From Azolla caroliniana (Eukaryota; Plantae; Polypodiophyta): a stretch of DNA of 64,000 nucleotides. The DNA is taken from positions 2,914,001-2,978,000 of the forward strand of contig JBHGNT010000002.1 in assembly GCA_043228905.1 (NCBI GenBank), in the 5' to 3' direction. Below, one piece after another: positions 1-11,611 of this stretch (the stretch's first letter is position 1; every line of letters begins with the position of its first letter). A model generated the notes under the pieces. That model saw only the letters and a list, made by a program, of their open reading frames with translations. It was not told the DNA's origin and made no database searches. Made by a program: the position numbers and the translations under genes.

Positions 1-573
1 AACCTGAGGTGGGGTCGTAGTGTCGACCTCTGTGGCAGTCGGTTCTTCCAACCGACTTCTCCTGGCGTCACTCCGCCTTGCTCGCGCTCCTCGTTCGGTC
101 CGGTCCCGTTTGCCGCGACCCCTTTGGTTCTGCGCGCCTCGACCCTCTCGGTCGACATGTCTGTTCAATAGGCCCATCTCAGCACTCACGTTGCTGTGAC
201 TCCGGCGCTTGCCGATCCGTCGGTTCTCCCACAATGGCATCGACTTCCGCTGTGTCCGTGTCCCCTTGGCCTTCAGTCGATCCGACTCATCCGGATCCAT
301 TTGTTGATCCGAGTAAGCTATCTCCGACTCGTTCCAGCTCTTGTCCGAATCGGTACACTCCGATTCGACTTCCGGCTTCAGGCCTCTCACCACATCGGAC
401 CACTTCCGAGTCTTGGCCTTCTCCATGCTTCCCTCGGCTTCTTCAGCCGGTGAACCAAAATCGAATTCTTCATTCGACTCTGTATCATGGTCAGTACCGT
501 CGTGATGACCTCCGCACAACATGCACTTCTCTTCCTGAGTGCACAACTCTTCTTCACAGCCGCTTGTTCCGAC
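1..573 (-). other. Open in-frame extension downstream of element A RNase H (191 codons, runs off the window edge)
   Basis: Manual translation after the TAG at 574-576 shows no stop down to position 1 (..CMLCGGHHDGTDH..ESNEEFDFGS..TRKWSDVVRGLK..EVDTTTPPQV). Confidence 0.65.
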
Positions 574-1288
574 CTATTCGGATGTGTCGACTTCCTTCAT
601 CTTCTTGTCTCCTCTTCTTCTGGCTCTCCTCTTACCGACGGGTTCAACAGTTTGTTTTTGGCCTTTGCCCGTTTCGGTAGAGACTTTGCCCTTGCTTCTC
701 CCCCTTAAGTGCGGCACGTCGAGATGCTGAATGCCAAGCATGTCGGTAAAGTGCTGCAACTTGTCCGATCCGAGCAGCTTGGTGAAGATGTCGGCAACTT
801 GCCGATCCGTATGAACATACCGTAGGTAAACTTCACCGCTCAGGACCCGCTCACGCACGAAGTGGTAGTGCACCTCAATGTGCTTTGTGTGAGCATGGAA
901 CACAGGGTTCCTGGCGAGCTGCAGGCTGCTCATGTTATCGCAGTAAATCGGGATCGGGGTCGGTACCTCGATTCGCAAGTCTCACAGCAGTCGCCGAAGC
1001 CAGATGGCTTCACAAGTGGCAATGGTAGCAGCCCGGTACTCAGCCTCAGTGCTTGACAAAGCCACTGTGGGCTGCTTCTTGCTGCTCCACGCAACGGCCG
1101 CGCTACCTATTGAGAACATGTATCCGGAAGTGGAGCGACGATCAAACGCATCGCCGGCCCAGTTAGCATCTGTGTAACCGACAAGCTCTTCGGGTATACC
1201 TCGCCGATATAGCAGACCCCGGTCCTTAGTGCTGCTGACATACTGTAATATTCGTTGCGCGCACTGAAGGTGCTCCACGGTCGGCTTC
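574..1288 (-). pseudogene. RT end and RNase H of element A
   Basis: GYTDANWAGD..RRSTSG, ALSSTEAEY, CDNMSS, KHIEVHYHF, QVADIFTK. In-frame TGA at 982-984. Confidence 0.9.
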
Positions 1289-1923
1289 TGTTAGAAATTG
1301 ACGCTTTCAAAACCTTCCCCTCTCGGCCACAACCGAGGAAACACGAATCAATGCAGCAGTAAATCGAAAACACAGAGAGAGACTCGAATGCACAGGGTTT
1401 AGCGTGGAAAACCCTAGACGGGAAAAACCACGGGAGTGCAAGACTCCAACTATCACTATACGCAGGGAATGTACAATGGCGAGCTGCAAGGCGACGACCT
1501 TGAGCTCGCTGTCCTCGCCACAGGCGGCGGTATTACACAGAGGCGTCAACCTCTTCCTTTCTCTCTCTCTCACTCTCTCTCTCGGCTGCTCTCACTTCGC
1601 TCCCTCTAAGTGGAAAACAGAAAAATGAGCAACAACTACAAAACTGTTTGCCCTAAGTCATATTTATACACATATGACTTTCGGGCTATTTACAAAATAT
1701 AGCCTCGAGGGCCCTTGGCAAACATATTCACAAATATGTCCCCGCATCCGGATCTCTCTCCGGGTACATTCGTCATCCGGCTCCGTAGCCGGGGTCTTCA
1801 TCATCCGGATCCGAAACCGGGTCTTCATCATCCGGTTCCGATACCGGGTACTCCTCATTCGGGTCTTCATTCCCGATTCCCGGACATCTGACCATCCCAT
1901 CCGGAGGAACCGTAATCCCAACA
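1289..1923 (-). repeat. 3' LTR of element B
   Basis: TGTTAG...CCAACA termini. Differs from 6039-6673 at 2 positions by eye. Confidence 0.97.
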
Positions 1924-1925
1924 AA

Positions 1926-1935
1926 CTCCCCCTTC
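1926..1935 (-). promoter_or_regulatory. Polypurine tract of element B
   Basis: GAAGGGGGAG, 2 nt before the 3' LTR, overlapping the pol stop codon. Confidence 0.88.
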
Positions 1936-4900
1936 ACTTCGGCATGGGATGTCTTTCCAGTCCGACCCTCTTCCGGCACGCTTCCAGCTTGTCGGGTGTG
2001 AGCACTTTGGTCAGCATATCTGACCCGTTCTCGTCCGTGTGGATCTTTGTCAGCACGAACTCCTGGTCTTCTATCCTTTCCCGGATCCAATGATATCTTC
2101 GCTGGATGTGCTTCGTCCGGGAGTGATAGGCCGCGTTCTTCGCAAGGTGGATGGCACTCTGACTGTCGCAGTAGAGTCGGTACTCCTCCTGCCGGATACC
2201 GAGCTCTCTAATGAAGTCCTTCATCCATATTATTTCCTTGCCGGCTTCAACAGCCGCCATGTACTCCGCCTCCGTGGTTGACAACGCAACCGTCTTCTGC
2301 AGCCTCGACTGCCACGAAACAGCTCCCCCTGCATACGTCATCACATACCCTGATGTGGACCGGCTGGTATCTGCATCAGCCGACATATCCGAATCGGTAA
2401 AGCCGTCGAGTTCGGGCTTACCGGAGCCGAATCGGAGGCACACGTTTGCCGTGCCCTTCAGGTATCGGAGTATCCACTTGGCCGCGTTCCAGTGCTCTTT
2501 GCCGGGATTGCTCATGTACCGGCTCACCACTCCGACTGCATATCCTATGTCCGGTCTTGTACACACCATTGCGTACATCAAGCTTCTGATGGCAGAGGCA
2601 TATGGTACTTTCATCATGTCCTCCTTCTCAGCCTTTGTCTTGGGGCTTTGCTTGCTGGACAACTTGCAGTTTGCCGGGAGGGTTGACCCGACCGGTCTTG
2701 CTTCCGACATGTTGAACCGGTGAAGCACCTTTGTCACGTACTTCTCCTGTGACAGCCACAACTGCTTCTTCTTCCGGTCCCGGATGATGTGCATCCCTAG
2801 TATTTGCCTCGCCGGACCCAGGTCCTTCATTGAGAAGGTTCGGTGAAGCGCTTTCTTCAGCATCCGTATCTTGACCTGGTCCCGTCGGACGATCAACATG
2901 TCGTCCACGTACAGGAGGAGTATTAGAAAGTCTCCTCCTTCGAACTTCTTCACAAACACGCAGTGATCGGACTGCGTTTTGTGGTACCCTTCGTCGGTCA
3001 TGAAAGAGTCGAACTTCCGGTACCATTTCCGGGGAGCCTGCTTCAGTCCGTAAAGGCTCTTCTTCAACCGGCATACCAGGTGCTCCTTCCCTTTCTTCTC
3101 GAATCCTTCCGGTTGCTGCATGTAGATCTCTTCTTCGAGGTCACCGTGAAGGAATGCCGTCTTCACGTCCATCTGTTCTACCTCGAGGTCCATGCTTGCC
3201 GCTATGCTCAGCACCGTCCGGATGGAGGTCATCTTCACTACCGGGGCAAATATCTCGTCGAAGTCGACGCCCTTCTTCTGCTGGAACCCCTTCACCACGA
3301 TCCTGGCTTTGTATCTTGGGGGGTTTCCGGCATCTCCCGGTTTCAGCTTGAACACCCACTTGTTTCGAAGTGCCCGCTTTCCTTTCGGCAACTCCACAAG
3401 TTCATATGTGTGGTTCTCATGTAGGGAATCCATCTCCTCTTGCATGGCACTTAACCACCTGCGGCTATGGGTGTCAAGCTTTGCTTCTTCAAAACTCTCC
3501 GGCTCCCCCTCGTCGGTTAGCAGCACGTGCTCTGGTTCCGGAAATCTCCGGGGGGGCCTTCTCTCTCTTAGAGGATATCTCCGTTCCGGAGCTTCGGTAA
3601 CCGGCTCCTCCGTTTCCTCTTCATCCGAATCCATTTCGGGATCGGGGCCGGTTCCGGTATCAGTTTCATCTTCCTCGGCCGGTTCTGTTTCTTCACCGTC
3701 TTCGGCCGGATCCTCGAGTGCTAACCGGTCCCTTGCCGGTCGGGACTGCTCCTCGTAGAGTTGATCCTCACCGGTCGACTTGGAGCTCTTCATCTTCTTC
3801 TCCGACTCCCAGTCGGCGAGTGTCTTGTCCTCCATGAAGATGATATCACGACTCCGGAATATCTTTTTGTCGACCGGGTCCCATACTCGGTAGCCGAACT
3901 CGTCATCGCCGTAACCGAGGAATATGCATGGCCGGGTCTTTGGATCTAGCTTTCCTCTCCGGTCCTTTGCCACATGCACATATGCGAGACACCCGAACAC
4001 CTTCAGATGCCGGTAGGATACTTCCCTACCGGTCCACACTCTCTGCGGCGTGTCTCCGTCCAAAGGTACTGAGGGTGATCTGTTTATCACGTATGTCGCC
4101 GTCGACATTGCCTCAGCCCAAAACCCCTTGGGTAATTTCGCATGCGCCAACATACTCCGGACCCTCTCCATTATGGTCCGGTTCATCCTCTCGCCCAGCC
4201 CGTTCAGTTTCGGCGTCTTCGGCACAGTAAACTCGAGCCGGATTCCCTTCGAGCGACAGTACTCCTCGAACTGCCCCCGGTATTCCCCTCCGTTATCCGC
4301 TCGTATCGCTTTCAGCTTCTTGCCGGATTCCCTTTCCACTCTCGCGTGGAGTTCTTTGAAGACGCACAACACTTGGTCCTTTGTCTTCAACGGTGCCGTC
4401 CACAGCTTTCGGCTGTGGTCATCAATGAATGTCACGAAGTACTGGGCTCCGCCATGTGACTTCGTTTCTACTTGACACACGTCAGTGTGCACCAACTCCA
4501 ATGGTGCGCTACGTCTCGTCGGTGGCCTTCAGTGGAAGGAGGTTCGGTTTTGCTTACCGGCCAGGCAATCGGTGCACTTCTCCAGGTGCACATGCTTCAC
4601 TGGAATAAGGTTGTCTTCTGCAAGCCTCTTCATCCCCTTCTCACTCATGTGGCACAGTCTCTTGTGCCACAGCTCACCGGCAATGTCGGCTGCCACGTTC
4701 AACTCCTCCGGACACAACCAGGCATTCATAAGGTACAGTGTGTTGACTTTCCGGGCCCGAGCCACTATCAGGCTCCCCTTGCTGAACTTCATTACGTAGT
4801 TCCGGATGCTACATGTGTAGCCTTCATCGTCTAGCCTCCCGGCCGAAATCAGGTTCAATCGAACCTCCGGAACGTGTCGGACATCCTTCAGCAACATTTT

Positions 4901-6007
4901 GCATCCGGTCGAGGTTGTCAACCACACGTCTCCTATGCCGGCAATCCGGCACGTACCTTCATTTCCCATCCGAACACAGCCATGCTCACCGGCTGTGTAG
5001 GATGAGAAGTATCTTCTTTCCGGGGTCAGGTGGAACGACGCTCCGGAATCGACCACCCAGGTAGTCTCATCGCCGGCAATGTTTAGTTCACCTTCTTCGG
5101 TGATGAGCATGATCTCCTCTTCACTTTCCGCGAGTGCCGTCGTTCCTTTCCGGTCCTGCCCTCGCCGATCCGAACCATTCCGGTCCGTGGCTCCCCGGTA
5201 AGCACCGTTCCGTTCCGAAGACTTCTTCGAATCAGTGTCGTCGGCTCCGTTGTCTTTTCGGTAATGCCGACAATTCTTTCGGAAGTGCCCTGGCTTCCCA
5301 CAGTGGAAGCATGTGGGCCTTCCTCTTGACTGCGACCGGGTCCCCGACTTCTCCCGTCTTTGCGGACTCCGGTTCCGTTGTCTTCCCCGATCCGATTCGG
5401 TAAGCAGCATCTTCGGATCGGAGGCCGGTTCTTTATCTCTCCGACGCGCTTCTTCGTTCAAAATGCTTGTCTTTACCGTTTGTAGGGACAAGTTATCTTC
5501 GGTGCAGGAGGTGCTGAGAGTCACCACCAAGTTCTCCCAGCTTTCCGGCAATGTACACATCAGCATGATGGCTTGCATTGCATCCTCCAACGGGAACTTG
5601 ATCGCCGCAAGCTGGTTCACGAATCCCATGAACGTGCTTACGTGTTCCCCCATACTCTCGCCGTCCCGGTACTTGAGGTTCACTATCTTCCTCATCAGGG
5701 AGGTCCGGTTCAACGCATTCTTCCTCTCGTAGAGGCCCGACAACTTCTGCCACATCTCATATGCGTTGGTGTCGTTCGCCACATGTTGTAGAACGCTCAC
5801 GTCGACGTATTGCCGAATGGTTGCAACGGCTTTCCGGTTCAGAAGCCTCCATTCCGTCTCAAGTACCCCCTTGGGTATTTCCGACCTGTCGATCGGTTCA
5901 TACAGGTCCCGAACAATGAGCAGATCCTCCAACTTTATCTTCCAGTCGGCGTAGTTCTGCGCATTCAGCACCATCATCCCCGGCTGCCCGCTGCTGCCGC
6001 CTTCCAT
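1934..6007 (-). pseudogene. gag-pol polyprotein of element B with one premature stop
   Basis: ORFs 4529-6016 and 1934-4501 share a frame and are separated by a single TGA at 4529-4531. Motifs: CFHCGKPGHFRKNC, WVVDSGAS, IRADNGGEY, LYVDDML, KHIQRRYH. First ATG at 6007. Confidence 0.93.
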
Positions 6008-6023
6008 TTTCTGCACTACAGTC

Positions 6024-6035
6024 GCTCTGATACCA
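6024..6035 (-). promoter_or_regulatory. Primer binding site (tRNA-iMet) of element B
   Basis: TGGTATCAGAGC, 3 nt after the 5' LTR. Confidence 0.93.
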
Positions 6036-6038
6036 GAT

Positions 6039-6673
6039 TGTTAGAAATTGACGCTTTCAAAACCTTCCCCTCTCGGCCACAACCGAGGAAACACGAATCA
6101 ATGCAGCAGTAAATCGAAAACACAGAGAGAGACTCGAATGCACAGGGTTTAGCGTGGAAAACCCTAGACGGGAAAAACCACGGGAGTGCAAGACTCCAAC
6201 TATCACTATACGCAGGGAATGTACAATGGCGAGCTGCAAGGCGACGACCTTGAGCTCGCTGTCCTCGCCACAGGCGGCGGTATTACACAGAGGCGTCGAC
6301 CTCTTCCTTTCTCTCTCTCTCACTCTCTCTCTCGGCTGCTCTCACTTCGCTCCCTCTAAGTGGAAAACAGAAAAATGAGCAACAACTACAAAACTGTTTG
6401 CCCTAAGTCATATTTATACACATATGACTTTCGGGCTATTTACAAAATATAGCCTCGAGGGCCCTTGGCAAACATATTCACAAATATGTCCCCGCATCCG
6501 GATCTCTCTCCGGGTACATTCGTCATCCGGCTCCGTAGCCGGGGTCTTCATCATCCGGATCCGAAACCGGGTCTTCATCATCCGGTTCCGATACCGGGTA
6601 CTCCTCATTCGGGTCTTCATTCCCGATTCCCGGACATCTGACCATCCCATCCGGAGGGACCGTAATCCCAACA
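6039..6673 (-). repeat. 5' LTR of element B
   Basis: Direct repeat of 1289-1923, adjacent to the PBS. Confidence 0.97.
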
Positions 6674-9600
6674 GCTTCTGCATGAACTGACTTACCATGC
6701 CGACCGGATAGCTGATGTCGGGTCGGGTGATGGTCAAGTAGATCAGGCTTCCGAAAACCTGTCGGAACCGTTTCTCATTGCACGCCGGTCCGGAGTGGGG
6801 ATGGAGCTTCTGGTTCCGGTCCAGGGGTGTGGAGACAGGTCGGCAATCCGTCATGCTGAACTTATACAGCATATTCAAGACGTAATGTCGTTGTGAGAGC
6901 AATATGCCGTCGGGGGTCCGGATCACTTCGATCCCAAGAAAATAATGAAGGTCCCCCAGGTCCTTCATTTCAAATGCGTCCGACAACTGGGACTTGACGC
7001 GGTTGATTTCGGGAAGACCCGGTCCGGTGATGACTAAATCATCCACATACAAGAGTATACATACCGGACCGTCAGAGCCTTGCCGGATGAACAACGAAGA
7101 GTCCGACTTAGAGACAACAAACCCCAGCTTACGCAACCGGTGCGTGATCTTCGCGTTCCAGGCTCGGGGGGCTTGCTTCAAGCCGTAAAGCGACTTCTTC
7201 AGTCGGCATACTGTCGACTTGTTCATCTCCGATTGAAATCCGGGGGGCTGAGTCATAAAGACTTCTTCTTCAAGCTCTCCTTGAAGGAAGGCGTTCTTCA
7301 CATCCATCTGGTGAAGATGCCACCCCCTTGCTGCAGCAACCGCCAGTACCACACGAACCGTCGTCATCTTCGCCACAAGAGCGAAGGACTTGTCGTAGTC
7401 GATTCTGTGGGTCTGCGCGTATCCCTTCGCCACTAACCGGGCTTTGTACCGGTTAACAGAACCGTCGGCGTTGTACTTGACCTTGTACACCCACTTGCAT
7501 CCGATCGGTTTACAGTGATGGGGAGGATCAACTAGGTCCCAAGTTTCGTTGGCATCGAGTGCCCGTATTTCTTCGTCCATAGCGGCACGCCAATTTGCGT
7601 CCTTTGCCGTTTCTGCGTAACTCTCCGGCTCACGCACTTCTGTCACCTTAGTCATGTACACATAATGATGCACCAGGTATTCATTGTACCCGTACCACAT
7701 GACGGGATCCTTCTGACGGGTTGATCGGCGCAACGCACCGTCACCTGATTTGAGGCCCTTCTTGGCCAGTTCGGTCTTCGTTGCCGAAGATCTGCCTTTC
7801 TCCTTTCTGGAGTCGGATACGCACCGATCCGACTCATCGTTGCCGATTTTGAATTCCGGCATCTTCCTCTTCCCCTTCTCTTTGCGCGTGAACCGTTTCC
7901 TCGGTTCCTTGCGCGGGGAGAGCACGGCAGAGTCTCCACCACTTGCCGTCTCTTCATCCGACTGGTCCAACCGACTCAGTCGCTCGTTCGGTCCACTCAA
8001 CCGTAACAATTCTGGACTCTCATCTTGAGTCCCGGCTTCATCATCCTCTGCCAGGGCTGATTCAGGCCAGTGCAGTGGGTCGGGATCGGAAGTCGGAGTC
8101 GGTACGGAGTACCAGGATGCCGATTCATTGAACTCGACATCCCGGCTAACTCGGACTTCCTTCGTCCGGGGTTATAGCACTTATACCCCTTTTGCTCTTG
8201 AGCATAGCCGACTAGGATGCATTTTTCCGATTTTGCATCCAGCTTTCTCCGCTTCTGATCCGGCACATGCACATACGCTATGCTGCCGAATATCCGAAGG
8301 TGTCTTAAGTTCAGCTTGCGCCCGAAATACAGCTCATGAGCTGACACCTTGTCAGCAATGCGGTTTTGTATGTAGACGGCCGTCTGAACCGCCTCCGCCC
8401 AGTAGAACCGGGGCATGCTCTTTTCCTCCAGCATTGCCCTTGCCGCTTCGACGAGTGTCCGGTTCTTCCTTTCGGCCACACCGTTTTGCTCCGGTGTGTA
8501 TCTGCAGCTGAACTCTCGCCGAATTCCCTTCTGCTGCAGATAACTAGTGAATTGGCCGGAAAAATATTCCTTTCCGCCATCCGACCGAAGGCATTTGATC
8601 TTCCTCTCCGATTCCCGTTCCACCATCTTCTGGAGGCTCCGGAAACAGTCGAAGACTTCGCTCTTCCGCTCAATGAGGTAGATCCAAGTATGTCGAGTAT
8701 AGTCGTTGATGAAGGAGACGAAGTATCGGCTCCCGCCAAGGCTTACACTTTGTGCCGGTTCCCACACATCCGAATGGATGAGATCGAGCTTGTTACGGCT
8801 CCGGTTCCGTTCGGTGGGGAATGGAAGCCGGTGTTGCTTCCCAAGTTGGCAGGCTTCACAGATTTCGGCTCTCCGGCCGCTGAACTTCGGCAAATCGAAA
8901 CGAATTGTTTCGTTTGCAGGTCTTGAAGCCTCCGGTAGTTGACGTGGCCTATCCGCTTGTGCCACAGGTCGATGTCCGACTCGACCTTCTGTCGTTTCGC
9001 GAACAGAGCGGTGCCAAAGTCATTGGTGTCGAGGATAAACATCCTCCCGTCTTTGCGCCCTTGCGCTATGACTTCGCCCTCATCCTCAATGAAGCACCCG
9101 AGGTGCGTAAACCGCACCTGCATCCCCTGGTCGACAATCTTTCCGACGGACACCAGGTTCTTCGTGATTGTCAGAACGTGTAATACGTTCATCAGCTTCC
9201 CTTTCTGTCCGACGTGGCTTAGAGGGACTTCTCCGACGTGCACGATTGGGTGAGGAGTGTCGTCTCCGGTTTCGACTACTCCTGGTTGATCTGGTTTCTC
9301 CAGAAAGGAGAACCACTCTTTGTGGCTCGTCATGTGGTTCGACGCGCCGGAATCAACATACCACACTTCCTCCGTTTTGGAAGTGGTCTTCTTCATTGAG
9401 TTTGCCTTGTGATTCATCACCAAGGCTGGCCCCTTACCGGCCTTTCCGGTTCCGGATCCTCCTGATCCGTTTGCGTAGTGCGAGTTTTGCCGGCCATCCT
9501 TACCGGTCTTGCCGGATCCGGATTTGTCCGAATCGGCATGCTTTCTCTAGCACTCGCTTTCCCTGTGGCCTTTTTTGCCACAGTACCAGCATTCCGTAGC

Positions 9601-10380
9601 GGATTTGTCTTGCCGGCCTCCGGCACCGCCTTGACTCCCCCTGCTTGTGGAAGTCCCGGAACTACTGTCGGCACGCTCATAGTGCCTCCGTTCCTGCTCT
9701 TGCCGGCTGCCTCCATTGCGTGTCGACCCACCTCTTCCACCACGCCCACGGAACCGATCCGTTCCCGTGTACAGCATTCGGTTGTCCGGGGATGCACTGG
9801 TAGATGCACCAGCGTGGTTCTCCTCTACAAGGAGCATCGACTGTAAGTCGAAAAATGAGGGGGTATTCTCCCTTGTACACACCGTAGTCCGGAACGCTCC
9901 GAACTTGGACGCCAGGCCTCCGAGACATACCTGCACCATCTCGTCTTCCTCTACGGTAACATTGATAGAGGCGAGCGAGTCGCAGATCTCCTTTATCCGG
10001 CCCGTGTAGTCTGCCACGGACATGTTCTTCTGTCGAACATTGCTCAACTCCTGTCTGAGTTGTAGCTTCCGGGTAGTGGTGCTTGCGGCGAAAACCTTTT
10101 TCAGGTTCCCCCAAGCATCCTTCGGTGTCTTAGCGTCACGGATGTGGCTGAGCAGCTGATCGCCAACACTGGACGCGAAGCAGTACATCACCCTGCTTGC
10201 CGCCTGTTCCCATACCGGGAAGTCCTTGTGTGTCGTGTTTGGCGCCACATCATTCACTCCTTCGACATAACTCCAGTACCCATGTCCAAGCAGGTACTGG
10301 TGCATCTTGTAAGACCAGGATGCGTAGTTGCTCCTGTCGAGCTTCTCCACCAGGAGCGACGTAGCCATGCCTCTATCCAT
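6674..10380 (-). pseudogene. Disrupted gag-PR-IN-RT of element A
   Basis: ORF pieces 9547-10380, 8743-9423, 7997-8965 and 6674-8009. In-frame TAG at 9547-9549 and frameshifts near 8900 and 8160. Confidence 0.9.
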
Positions 10381-10462
10381 GTCTTCTACTGTGTCTGTTT
10401 TCGACTTGTTAGGGTTTTCTTCTCAAGAGTAAATGTCTGCAGCAGAGGTTCTCAACCCTCGC

Positions 10463-10474
10463 GCTCTGATACCA
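10463..10474 (-). promoter_or_regulatory. Primer binding site (tRNA-iMet) of element A
   Basis: TGGTATCAGAGC on the minus strand immediately after the LTR. Confidence 0.9.
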
Positions 10475-10514
10475 TGTAAACGTAAGTGTTTGCGGAAGCG
10501 TAAAACAGAGAACA

Positions 10515-10555
<41 letters not shown>

Positions 10556-10885
10556 GCAGAACGTAATTTCAAAATTATATCAAGACTCTGTATATACACT
10601 GTGCTAAGTAGCACTATTTATACAAGTCCTCTTGGGACTGACAGAAGTACCATGTACTTCAATGCTCACACGAGCATCTGACACTTACTACGAGACTATA
10701 GCTACCTAGTAGTCTATCCTGTACTAGGCTTCCGATTGGACTACCGGTTACGGATTGCACCCGGCCTCAACTGCTTGCCGGTTCGGTTGCTCACCGTCAT
10801 ACCGATCCGTTTCGCCCGATCCGTCTCGCTTACCGGCTCCGGCTTATTCAGCCGATCCGGCTCCGGTTGAGCTTGCCGCTCAACA
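10475..10885 (-). repeat. 5' LTR of copia element A (411 bp)
   Basis: TG...CA termini, directly abutting the PBS. Base composition switches to AT-rich after 10885. The partner LTR is not in the window. Confidence 0.8.
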
Positions 10886-11611
10886 TAACTCAAACTAATT
10901 AAACAAAAATACATTAAATTAAATACAAATTTATTAAATCAATAAAAGAAACTTTAATTGAGCCATTACATTAAATAAACATTTATGTTAAATTAATTAA
11001 ATAAAAAACCCATTAATTAAACTATTAAATAAATAAACCAATAATGTAAAAGAAAAGTTAACCAATAAACCTTTAAACCGTTAAACCATGGCTTAATGGT
11101 TCAGTTCAGTTTGAGCTGAAATCATGCTCATTGCTACCTTGAAGTATCCCTACACATTTGTCATGGCGTAATGACATGATCTGGGTCATCTATGCTCTGT
11201 ATGAGCACGTTTATGGGTGCGTAAGATGCCTAGGTGGCCTATCCGATTGCTTCACCAACACCATTGGTGTAAAACAGGGTTGCCCCCTATCACCAACTCT
11301 TTTTGGGATCTACATTGATGAGATCACTGATTTTATTGCTTGTACGGGAGGCAACGGAGTAGCCATTGGGGGTACGCAAGTTCGTCTCTTACTCTACACA
11401 GACGACATCATCTTGCTCTCGGAGTCTGAACACAACCTACAAAAGCACCTTAATGCCCTAGATGACTTTTGCACACAACGAGGACTGATAGTGAATCTAG
11501 CGAAAACTAAAGTCCTTATCTTTCATACATCGTCTCAAGTTAGGAGTAAATGTCACCTAATCCTCTCTCATAAACCAGTTGAGGTAGTTGGATCATATGT
11601 ATATCTGGGAG

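Larger units (their letters stand above)
1289..6673 (-). mobile_element. Full-length, young Ty1/copia (Tnt1/Tork-like) element B
   Basis: Two 635-bp LTRs, TSD GCTTC at 1284-1288 and 6674-6678, PBS, PPT and a complete gag-pol. Confidence 0.98.
1..10885 (-). mobile_element. Ty1/copia LTR retrotransposon A (older, degenerate; 3' LTR lies outside the window), interrupted by element B
   Basis: The minus strand reads 5' LTR, PBS, gag (CWYCGKKGHRESEC knuckle), protease (WYVDSGASNHM), integrase (LRSDGGKEY, PEQNGVAERKN), RT (LLYVDDLVI), RNase H (KHIEVHYHF), which is copia domain order. Removing element B and one TSD restores SQFMQK-PTVEHL. Confidence 0.95.

Noticed and set aside
6414-8009. 531-aa ORF as a novel RT fusion
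   Set aside because: Its C-terminus is readthrough from element A's RT into the inserted B LTR.
9547-9549. Programmed gag-pol stop readthrough in element A
   Set aside because: The TAG falls directly after the zinc knuckle, where TGG is plausible, and the element has other lesions; decay is the simpler explanation.
78-10479. Many plus-strand ORFs, e.g. 78-680, 3192-3758, 8366-8926
   Set aside because: Antisense shadows of GC-rich copia coding sequence, with no recognisable motifs.
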